A stretch of 64,000 nucleotides of DNA from Promethearchaeota archaeon. Its GTDB lineage: Archaea > Asgardarchaeota > Lokiarchaeia > Sigyniarchaeales > SOKP01. Under the pieces are notes generated by a model. That model was not told the DNA's origin. It was given only the letters and a program-made list of their open reading frames with translations, and made no database searches. Position numbers and translations under genes: made by a program. Location of the stretch: NCBI GenBank assembly GCA_030599585.1, contig JAUVNS010000019.1, positions 1 to 64,000 on the forward strand, written 5' to 3'. The first letter of the stretch is position 1; every line of letters begins with the position of its first letter. This document shows positions 27,050 to 39,000 of this stretch, one piece after another.

Positions 27050-30000
27050 TTAATCGATATTAAAGAAGCTACCTTTGAATTGAGTCAATCTTAATTGCGA
27101 GAGAGGAAATTTCAATATTAATTTTGCTTGTTCGTAAATGTTCTTAAGTTTAACAAGTGATTCATCTCTCAAATCCAAATCATTTCTTTGTAAACAGTCA
27201 TCAACTAAATTGTATAAGTCTTCAATTTTAGATCTTATCTTTTCTTGAACTTTAAGCGTGATCAGAAATTCGTCTAGAAGCATAATCTTTATATTTTTTG
27301 CGAATGCTGGATTCCTTTGATTGAGATCCTTAGTCAACTGGTCAATGTCAGATTTAGTAAAGGATGGGTGAGTCAAAACAATAAATAAGAAACGATCTTT
27401 TGACTGATATTCCTTATAATACTTCTTAGTAATGTAATAATCTTTTAATTTGGGCCGTTTTGCCTCATGTGTAAAATCTACTACTAACTCCCTTATCCCA
27501 TTGGGTATTATTCTACTAAGAGTTCCGATGACAGTTAAGAATGTCGCTGAAACAGGTATTGAAAGGTCAACTTGTTTGCCTAACCTTCCTACAGGTTGTT
27601 CGCTTTCGACCCCTATTGTAAAACTATGCGATTTGAGACTCATCATTATCAAAAGTTCGATTGGTAAGTGAGTATATGTACCCACAATATTAGGTAAATA
27701 ACCTTTAAGGCTTCGCGAATGTAACTTAAATGCTTTATGGGTTACATCTCGCAGATGGGAGTTTTTTGGTTGAGATAAGATATATGATCGTATTTTTTTA
27801 TAAGGATTTCGGTTTTCCCTTAACATATTTCCATACGCTAAAAAGTGACCAGGGTTTAACATCTCCGTTTCAATTGTATCTATTAACTCATTGAAAGAAA
27901 TAGATCTTCCTTTGTTCTCAGATTCAAGAAAATATAACCCCCTATAGAGATCGTATTTACTTTCGACATAGACCTTAGAAGTTTCTTTATCATATTTGTT
28001 TATATATGGTTTACCAAATGGATTTAAAAACACAAACTCTTTAATGAATTGAGAAACCGTAGATTTTAATTTTTTCAATTGGTCTGAAGAAATCTTAATT
28101 CCTATAGAATCAAAACGAGCTTCTGTTAATTTGTACGTGTTATAATCTATTTCAAGTAATTGAGTAAAATCAATTCTTTTATCAATTCGTCTTTTACCTA
28201 AAAATAAACTTGCAGTATCCTTCGTAAATATCAACTTGGCTAATCTTGTGTATGAGAAAGGTACTCCCCAAAATTTAGGGAATATATCAATAAGACTCTC
28301 AATTAACACTACCCTAGGTTTTATAGGAGTTCTTAAGTTTTCAAAAGCTTGCCCTTTAATAAATTGCATGAAATTACCATAATCTCTGAAAAATTTGGTA
28401 GTTTCATCATCTCTAGTACCATGAACGTCTTCATAAGCTTCGAGAAACTTATCCAAAAACCATTCATATGAGTGACCATCTTTGGTTGATAGAATATTGA
28501 TTTTAGTTGCTCCTTTTTGAATCCAATATTCACCTTTATGATTTTTTGCCCAGATTGCGTAGTATTCGTCAAACTTTTCTTTGAGATATTGGAGGTCTTT
28601 TGAAAAGTCAAATTTCTTATCGAACCGGAACATTTCTCTCTTTAAAATCTTGTATAAATGATGAGTCATTTGAGCTATTGAATAATAAAGATTGTCAATT
28701 TTTCTATTTTCTCCCTTATTAATATCAAAAGTCATTCCAATAGTTATTCCACCAAAGCTTATTCCGAGGTTTCCAAAAACACCAAATCCGCTCAGAGCAG
28801 GAATCAATGTTTGTAGAGCCATCCATCCCAAAGACGCCACGCCTATCCCAAGAGCAACCAAAACTTGTTTTTTGTTGTTTCGCACATAATCAGCAACTTT
28901 GCTTTTGCTTATCGCGATTTTAACAGGATTGAATACCTTGCTAAAAACACTTTTAATCGAAATATCTTCCGTGAGACAGTAAGTTGCAATCGTTGTGAAT
29001 GCTAGTGCGCCAAAAGGTCCGAGCAGGAACGAGGCGGTAAATCCCGTAGCCAACGAAACAAAACTAAGAACTTTGTTTGCTCCTCTAAGTAATGTCATTT
29101 GTTCTGCGTTCTGTTCTTGCTGAGACGCGATTTCGGTCTTATATTCGCTTATTTCGGTTAAAAATTGTTGCATCGTCGGTCTCAATCCTTTCGAGGCGTA
29201 TTTCGAGTCGAGCCTTTCAGACAACGACTTTGGTTGAGCCTGTTGAGAACTAAACATGCTCGAAAGCGGTCCGCTGATCGCCTCTCTACCGCTCTCTGCG
29301 ATGGAACTAAGAACTATCTGCAAGATAGCGTCTCCTCCTGCGCGTCGCACTAATCCCGAGACCGTGCTTTCGATCCAAGGGTCGATAACGAGTTCTTGTC
29401 CTATTTCTTTTACTACGGCGCCAATTACGCCAGCAAAACTAAAACTTTTAGCGGCGTCTGAAAACGTTCCCAATAAATTCTTTAACACATTGCTCGAAAC
29501 CTGTTTGATGCCTTCTTCACCAACAAAAGAATTTATGATGGTTCCCATACCGGCAGTAAAAACAATAGAAAGCGCAGTAGAAATCGCGGTAACTATCGCC
29601 GTATAAACTAGTTCGTGGAATCCAAATTGCGTCTGAGTCGCAAGATTAAATTGGTAATTATATTCGAGGATGGCAGCTTCGATGGCTTGAGCGGTTGCGA
29701 TTTTGCTTAATTGTTCTGATGTAAGATCCCGAACGTCCGAAACTGAGCGGTATTTTTCTACTTTTATCTCGAAAAGTATTTTTGGTTGAGAATAGGACAC
29801 GCTTCCAAAATCTTGGTCTAACTCGTCTGTCTTTGAAATATAAGAATTTAGTATCATAGAAAGCGCAGGATCCGAATCGATGGTAATGATTCCCGCGCTT
29901 AAATCGACTTTAAATTGGTCGGGAAGGAAAGTGTTAACGTGAGAACTTTTGGTTGATTTTATAGGTTCTGTTTGAGCCCAGACCACGTAAACTTCGATAG

Positions 30001-33000
30001 ACGCGATATCTGTTTCGAGCGAAGATTCTTCGTCAAATAGCTGGATTTCGATGGAAACCGTCTCTTCCGGATCGTCGATTGCAATTACCTTGTAAATAGA
30101 GCCGTACTGATCTACTGCCGAAGAGTCTTCCGATACGAAGACGGGATACTCGGTGTAAAATTCTGGGGCTGGGATTCCGCCCATTGAATCGATAAAGCTA
30201 TACCTTGGGGAAAACCTATCGTGTTCGGTATCGTAATCAATGGTTGGGATGATAGTATCGAGGTAATTATCTCTATTATCTCCTGTTTCTTCTTGGACTT
30301 GGTTTTTTATGTAATACGCTGAACTTTTTGCGTGGTTAAACTCGGGAATTCCGATGTTATCGAAAACAGGGTTAATTACTCCAGTTGACTGGAGAAAACC
30401 GATAACCAGAGAGTCGTCAAAATCGGAATATCCTGCCAAATTTCGCGTAGATAACCAATAATCTAATTTGGGAAGCGAGTAGGAAGTTGTAAGCGAGGAA
30501 GCTTTTTCTTCTTCAAAATTAAATTCTCGAACTATAATCTCGGCGTTATATGAGTGTTTATCGGTCTGTCCGTACACGGGGGCATATACTCCACCAAAAG
30601 AACCAAAAATAGTAATCGGCATAATATTACCGTACATGTCGTCAAACCAGAACTTCTCTCCTAAAGTTGTATCTCCCGCAGAACTGTCTAAGCGGAAGGT
30701 ACGGTGGGCGATATAGTTTTCTTGCTCCATAATTTTAACTATTTGGAAAGGAATGGAGACGGCGAGATATCCTAACATATAACCTAATGGCGAACCAGAA
30801 ACGACTCCTGCCACCATTCCCGCCGTTGTTGCCAGAAATTGTTGGAATATGTCTAACACTAAAGTGCCTAAGTCGGTTTGCTCTTCGAATTGATTAGTCG
30901 CCATTTCTGCTGCGAGTTCTATTAAATCGCTGCTCTCGGTAAAGACCATCTTGCCTACGTCAAAAAGCACGTCGCTGAAGGTTGGCTCGTTAAAGACTCC
31001 TATTTCTTTGTCGGATTCTCTGAAATGAATGTAATTATCCGTAAATGAATCGCCAAGGTAATTTTCGCTCCATACAATGTCTTTTTCGACCGGTAAAGTT
31101 TTACCTGGATGGAACTTAGAATCTAAATCGTAATCAAAACCTATGCCAACGACGTTATCGTATTTGTCCATAACAATCACCGTTTCGTAGATTGAATCGT
31201 CAGAAGTATCTAAATAAAGGTAATAGCCCTCCTGATCCCGGTTCGAAAGCGAAGAGGATTTAAGATCGTTGAGCCAGTAGGTGCCTTCATTAGGCGTAGA
31301 TTTAATCGCATCAACCGAGTAAGAATCAAATCCTTGACCGTTGTAAGAGTAAGTTCCAGGAATTGAGATCGATTGAGTAGAAGTAAGTAAATTTTCCGTA
31401 ATGATTTCGCCACTTTCGATTGTGGTGAGCTTGTCGAATTCAGCGGGAACATTGTCGGAAGAGTGGCTTAACTCAAAAACAGCGCTTAGATCGGTAGTTT
31501 GCGAGGTAATCGAACTACTAATTGCTGGAATTAAATAATTTTCCACGTTTGAAACTTCGGAAAGCTCGTTAGGGAAGGCGTCTTCGTACACTCTGGTACT
31601 GACCACCTCACCTGCTTCTAAATCGCTAAACGTTATAGTCTGAGACATCTTTGAACTAGTAAAAGAGGAAACTCTAAGTTCTTCTGAAAAAGTTGCCTTT
31701 TGTTGGAGTTCTATTTCAGGTTTAATTTCGGTAATTTCTTTGGTATAAGTTGTAATTTCAATATTATTGTAAATAACTTCGTAGCTCGTTTCTTCGTCCA
31801 TAAATCCGTCGAGATCGGTGTCTTTTTGGACCGAATAATAATTTTTCTCTTCTATTGCGTTGGTGATCGTGGTACGGAGCATAATTCTTTTAGCGACTCC
31901 TATGTTCGCTTGTTCGAGCTCAAACCATTCGGTACTCATGGACTCGAAATCTTTGTCTACTTGGGCCTGAACGGGGTCTGCTTCGTATACAATAGTGTAG
32001 TAGCTGATTTCTCCCGCAGGATCGACGCTACCGTACTTGAACACGTTGAATTCTCCGTCCCCCGTGATGTCAAGTTTTTCTAGGACAGATTCATGTGTGC
32101 CGTCCTCGTCAAAATCGGTCATTAAAAGCACGTTTTTTAGGTCGTTTTTTGCTTCAAAATTTTCGAAATCTATCGATTGATAATTTACATCTAAGGTAAA
32201 AATATCTTGCTCGTTTTGCACAAAATTGACGTTTCTGGTGTATTCCAAATGTTCAAATAAAGAATCTTCGGAACCAACTTCGTAATCTTCCATGAGTAAA
32301 AAGTAATCTAAATCGGTATATTCGAAGTCTACGTAGATACTGTCGTTCTTGGTCCATGCAGGGGTATCAGGATGGTTAAACGCGTTGTCTAACAATTTGA
32401 ATTGAGAGTAATCGGATAATACTCCCGAAGTGAAGCTCAGTAGTACGACAATCCTATCAAAATCTGACAACTCAACTCCCGTCTCAGATTCGATGTAGAT
32501 CGATTCTTCTCCTGACACTACGTAACAATTTAGAAGGTTGAATTCGTATTCCGACTCGTTGAAATAAAAGCCGGTTATTGAATAAATAGCCAAGTCTTGA
32601 GCTGGAGTGTAGTCTTGCGAAAGTTCAAACTCCCCTGAGATGGCATTGGTGTCGTATGGGTAAACATTTTCGATTGCGATGTGTCTCGTCTCGAACTCGC
32701 TGAGCGATTGATTGTAAAGCACAGAATCAAAATCTTCTGTTGCTTCGTCGTACCACTCAAAAGTAATTCCTAAAACCGAAGTATTCACATTAGGTTGATC
32801 GATTAAGCGCCATTCTTCCCACGCGTTATCGTCTGCCCAAGAGAGATATAAATACCTAAATTTTTCAATGTGAGGGTTATAATCTTCTCGCAACCCTTCT
32901 AACTCTAATTCAGTAGTCTGCTCGTCGTAATACCACGCGTTGTAATGCTCGCTATACATGTTATTCCAATAGATGTCGTACACTCCTTGGGAAACGGTTT

Positions 33001-36000
33001 CGCCGAACAAATGATCGTCAAAGTAATAGTAATTACCCGCGGTGTCAAAAGCGTCGAAATAGAAAGTTTCGTTTACTCCGCTATCATCGTAGTAAAGAGG
33101 TGGGTTGCTTCCGGAGTCAAATATGACGTGTTCAGAATATATATCTTCGTAGTCTCCGTAGTAAAACTTTTCCATGTTGTTATTTGGATACACTTCAAAT
33201 ATATCTGAATCATAAAGAGTAGCGTTTTCGTCAAATTCAAACATAAAGAAAGAATCTACAATAATTTGATACCGAGGATCGTTTGAAGAAATAACAATAT
33301 CTGTAATATAACAATGATCTATCCCTTCGCTATCAATAACTTTAAACGTGGAAGAAATGTCTTCAAAGCTTACGTTAAACACTTTTTGTCGATAAGTGTC
33401 CAAAAATTCGTTTTCGAACGGAGTTAGGTCTAACTGGCTTTCCCAAGCGACCATTTTTTCCCTGTTCTCAAACAAATCGAGCTCAACTGAATATTCTTCT
33501 CCGTCGGTATTAATGCCTAGCAAACTCACTTCGGCGAACGGGACGTAATCGGGCTCTCCCGGCTCTCCCTTTCTGAAATTTTCGATATAAGGAGATTTCT
33601 GAAGGATCATCTCGCCTACCGCCAAACTAATGGTTTTAGGAAGAGTCGAATTGTATTTGAGGAACAAAATATCGTTGTCGTACATCTCTATCGCATTTTC
33701 TAGACCGTCTAAGTAAGATGTTGGTAGCGAAATATTATGAACTGAAATATCGTACGCGTTTTGCACGCCGTTGTAATCAAAACTATCTATTCTGTTACCG
33801 ATTTCCGAAATGCTATAAACGTATTCAAATTCGCCGTTAAGCACTAACACTTCCTCACCCGTGTCAAACATGAGGCGCTCTAAATCAATAGGTAAATAGC
33901 CCTCTATAGTGTCGCTTTCAATCCATTGAATCGTTTGCAAGTACGGATAGCCTTCTTCGTAATAATAAGCGTAAAAGTCGGTTTCGGTCAAAAATTCAGG
34001 CGTAAATACTATACTTGCGTTATTCGTTGTAGTAAATTGATCCCAACTACTTGATTCAGGTAAAGTAATATAGACCGATCCTGTCTCTGATTCTATCATA
34101 TCGAGAGTTATTTCGGTTTCTCCAATTTTGGTAGAAGCGCCGTAATAAAATTCTGCTTTTATGCTAGAGATTACTTCGGGGTTCATAATTCCTAACCGCA
34201 TGATTAACGTATCGAAACTATCCCAACCGTCTGGATCGCTCAATTCTTCCGATAAGTAGTAAGTTAGCGCGTTAGTCTCGTTTAAAATCGCCATTACTTC
34301 TTGGACCATGCCTTTGCCAACTGGAGATTCAGAATCGTAATCAAACACGAAATAATCCGACTCAAAATTGGGGGCGAGGTTATTTTCTGGATCTTGAGCT
34401 ACTTCCCAATTTAATAAGGTATAAGCTTCATTAGTTAAGTCGATCTCTAAATTGTGATAATATTGGTATTTATTGTGGAAATCTGCGCCAATCTCAACGT
34501 AAACCACGTCTCCTTCGCCAATTGCTCCTGTTTGTGTAGGTTTATCAAAATAGTAGTTAGACACCCCTTCCCCATCTTTTAAGTCTATAGAAAGCCTCTT
34601 CATTCCTGAATCGTAAGTCATATCTTGCTCCTTGAAATAATCTTTATCTCCGGTTATGTTGTAGAAATAGGCAAATATGATTGGAGTGGAATCGTAATCC
34701 AACAGTGGCTGATTGTAGTCTATGTATAACTCAGCGACGTCGTTGTAAATATTATGACCGTCTAAAGCGAAGTCTAACGTTATGGTATTTTTCTCTACTA
34801 ACCTGTAATTAAGCGCCATCTGATATTGATAGTTAGCCGATAAATTGTAATATAATGGAGACATTATAGACGAGCCGCTAAATGGGTAGTAATCGTTGTA
34901 AAATTGCATTTCCCATGGCTGAACTTCGATAAACATGTGTTTAGTTTCTAAAAGCCCGCCTCGAGTTTTTGCCCAGTATTCGACCGTAAATTTCTCTCCT
35001 ATGACTAACTCTAATTTCATATTTTCTGTAAAGGTAATGTTGTTTCCTTCTACAGACAATATTTTTTCAATCAAGTCAATTTCTATTCCTAATTCGTCCT
35101 TGACCACGAAACTGTAGCCGTCTCCGAACAAAATATCGTCTTGGGAAGCAGTGTAACTCAAACTTTCTCTTGGATAATAGTAGGTTAGTAATATTTCGGA
35201 GTCTTCTAAGATATCGATCTCTCTGAAATCGTACTTGCTAAGCGCGAAAGTATAAACCGGATATTCGGACAGGTCATGTTGCCAGCCGTAAATATATTTT
35301 GCGTCTATGTATCTTTCGCCGGAAGAAGTTTGTACTACCATTCCAAACGGTTGAATATTGTCATATCTTTCTTGGAATTCTCCTCCGTAAGTTAAGTTGA
35401 CTTCACCGTAGAACAACTCTCCACCGTAATCTGTGAAGTCCGTGAAGGTAAATTCGGTAAAATTATATTCGGTTGGATAAAATTGGAATTCGTCAACAAC
35501 AAAAGATTTGAAGTCTTCTACTGGGGCGTATTCAGAAATTTGGTAGAAAGACGCGTTAAAAGTATCGGTGGTTGTTAAGTCAGGATGGTAAGCGAAATTT
35601 GACCATTCAACCGCTTCTGAAACCGGGAATTGCCAATGAAGTTCGGAATTATAAGTGTTTTGGTCTTCTGCTATTGCGTAATCAGAAGATGTAAACTCGT
35701 GAACGCTGTGGAAATCTATTTGAATCTCGTCGCTTCCTAATATACTCACGATCTCGCTCACTTGTCTGAAGAAGTGAACTTGAGTTTGACCTTCTTCAGT
35801 AAGAACTATTTCGTAATCAACGCTTGGAGTTAATTTCACAAAACTGGTAGGATACGAAAGAGCGTTATCTGGATTGTAGCCAAGATAATCGTCTTCTGTT
35901 AAGGCAAATCCTTGCCACGACTCTACCCAATCCCAAGGTCGAGCTATTCTATCGATATTAGAAATTTCGATATTATCTATTTTTTCTGTTGAATCCGGAA

Positions 36001-39000
36001 TTGAAATTGCAAATTCCACTCCTGAAGGTAAATCAGTAGTGATAATGTTTTGAGGTTCGGTAATGTCAATTCTGTGGTGTAAATATAATTCTCCCTCAAC
36101 AAATATTCCATCGCTAGTAAGCGGGAGTTCGGAAAGGACAAAGTTCTCGTTAAAAATATCTTCGTCAAAACTCTCTATATCAACTACATAATCTTGTTCC
36201 CAATTAATATTGAATTCTAAGTCGCTAACATATTCGTCTCCGTAGGTGTTAGTTCCTTTACCCGCGTATAAATTCACTTCTCCTTCGATATATTCTGGAA
36301 GTTCTAAATCGTAGGCGTTTAAGTGGAATCCGAGCGAATCTACCAACCTTCTATCGTTTTCTTCTAAACATTGGAAGTAAAATTGGTCGTCTTCTTGGGT
36401 TTCGAAGGCTAAATCGTTGTTTTCGTCTCTATAAAGCTCTACTAAGTCGCCGTATCCGTTAAATCCTTCTACTGCTATGGTGAACCACGCGTTGTCCACT
36501 ACATCGTAGGCGTCCGTAAGGCGATCTGTGTAAATTTGAGCGTAATTTTGCGTATTGATGATAGTTGACACTTTTAAATTTCCTTCGGAATCGACTCGAG
36601 GTTTGGAGACTGTTTCTAATATCCTATCGTCTGCTGTAAGGTTGAAACTGCTAATAATTACGTAAGGAACTATGTTTGGCTTGTCTCCGTAGCTTAGGAA
36701 GTCTATCTGAATATCGAATGTAGTATATCCAATTGTTGCGTATATGGGTTGGAGCGAAATTTCGAAGTCAATTTCGTTTTCTCCTGAGGTTGGAATTATG
36801 TCAACATAATCAAAATAGGATTCTCCATCTTCGGTGGTTATGGTAAATGTCGCTAGTATAGGTTTTAAGTTAGCAGCGTTCTCTAAGGCACAATCGTCCA
36901 AGTAAAAGGTTCCGCTAAGAGTTGTGTCGTATAATAGCGAAAGATATTCAAACGAGACGGTGGTTTTATTATCTCTCAAAAATGGCACGATTATTATTGG
37001 AGAATTTGATTCCATTGGATTTTCAGGTTCATCTGGAACTTCGATTAAATCGATTGGTGTAGGACCAGATTCGTAATCGTAAATTTCATTAGAGGAATGA
37101 AGCTCAGAAAGTTTCCTAACGGCGTCGTACACGTTCATGTCAATTCTCTGATAACCTCTATCTAACTTATAGGTAGAAACGCCATAAGAGAGATAAATAT
37201 CTTTATCACTTAAAGTAGCAAATTCAACTTGAATTTGACTTCCAAGATCATTAAGAATGTAGGTATCTGATAAATCGGTCCCATCTAGGTCGTCAATAGA
37301 AAAAATTTTAATATTAGCAGGAATAATATTTGGATACCCCTTATACAAAGTGGTTTTTCCGTTTACATTTATGTTATAAGTTTCGTTAAATATTGAATAA
37401 AATACTCCTAAATTATCAATGTGATCGCACGTTATTGGGTTAAAAATTAATTGTGAATTGCTAAATCCTTCTTGTTCTGAGAAAGTAAACGACAATACTT
37501 CGCTAGGATCTATTTGTATTGCGTAGGATATAATTAAATCTGAATGATTGTCTAAATCGGCTATAGGACCTTCGTTTAAAGTCATTTTTCCCGAAGTATC
37601 AAAGTTGTATTGTAATGAAGAAATAATTTCTTCGCGATAATTTATCATGCCTCTGACTTCTACTACCTCTATGCTTAAGTCTTCGTAGCCTCGTAAATTG
37701 AGCAATGCATCGTCGCTTTCTACACCGTAGGTTTCAATGTCGTCAGTAAATTCGAAATATCTTTCAACTCCATAGGGTATTGATGTATCGCCGATGTAAA
37801 AATCTTCGTTGGTATCTAAATCCGAATAAGTCTGATAAATAATCATGTCTGTTCTAATATCAGAAGATACTATCGACATGTTAAGTATGTGCAATTGTTG
37901 CTCCCTGTTATCTTCAATCATTCCCGTTTGGTTGTAAGAGGCGTCAACTGTGACGTTTAATTGAACTTCTTTTCCCATAAGCATTGCTCCGTCTTGTCCT
38001 AACGGATACTCGAAATAATACAGCCCGTCGTATACCAAAGAGCTTATCCAAACGTCTTCGTCCCCCAGTTCAAACCACTCTAAATCGTTCCAAGCGGTTT
38101 GGGAACCGATATCGCGCGCTCTGGCAGATATTTTGAAGTTCACGTAATCGTTTAATCCTATCTGACTGTGAAGGGTAGCTAAATAACCGGTTAATCGAGG
38201 ATAGATGTCTTCGTAAAATCCGTAGTCCTCGCCGAAGCTAGCGCCTCCCCAGCCCGAATCGTACCAATTCAATAAGTCCAAAGTCATCGTAGGCTCTCCA
38301 AACTTCATCCAATTTTCCGGTCTGACTTCTAAAGTACAGAATCGATACACTTCTTTGGTATAAGAGCTTGCTGGCATGTGAATGTTAACTTGATACACTC
38401 CTGGATCGAGTTGAGTTAAGTAATAATCGGTCAATCCGGTGGCGTCATCGATAGTAACTTGACCGTTTTGGTCGACATACGCGATAAATTGAGGCGATCC
38501 TTCGGCAAAAGGGCTATTTCCACTGTAATCGGTAATTGTAACTACTACAGGCGATCCATCGTATAAATAATTGTGACTCGAGCCAAGTTCTGGAATTAAG
38601 TTTTCTTGGTCAAATTGATTAGCCATTTCCTCTTCAGTCATTATGTTGGCGTCTGGAATTAAATCTGCCTCAGCAATTTCGATGTCAAACGCAAAAATAT
38701 CTTCTTCCTCGGACTCCATCTGATAGACCAGTAAATCTGGCACTCCAAGTAGAAGATCTTCGGCGTGAACTGTAATTAATCCTTCCCCATAACTTCCGCG
38801 ATAGAACTGCGTAGCGCTAAAATCGTAATCGTCAAGTTCGGAAACTCTGCTTAAGTCAAACACGTTATCGTTGTTGCTACCATATACTTCTGATTTATCG
38901 ACAAATGCCATATCTCCGGCGTTAAACACGGGAGCGTGAATCACTCTCACATATAAACGATAATCTTCTAACGAATCTCGAGTAATCGAACCGCTACTGA

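Noticed and set aside
27050-32200. Rhs/YD repeats, HINT/intein or other autoprotease before the toxin tip
   Set aside because: No DPxG/PxxxxDPxG, no C...HN splice motifs and no YD-repeat periodicity found by eye; the release mechanism is unknown.
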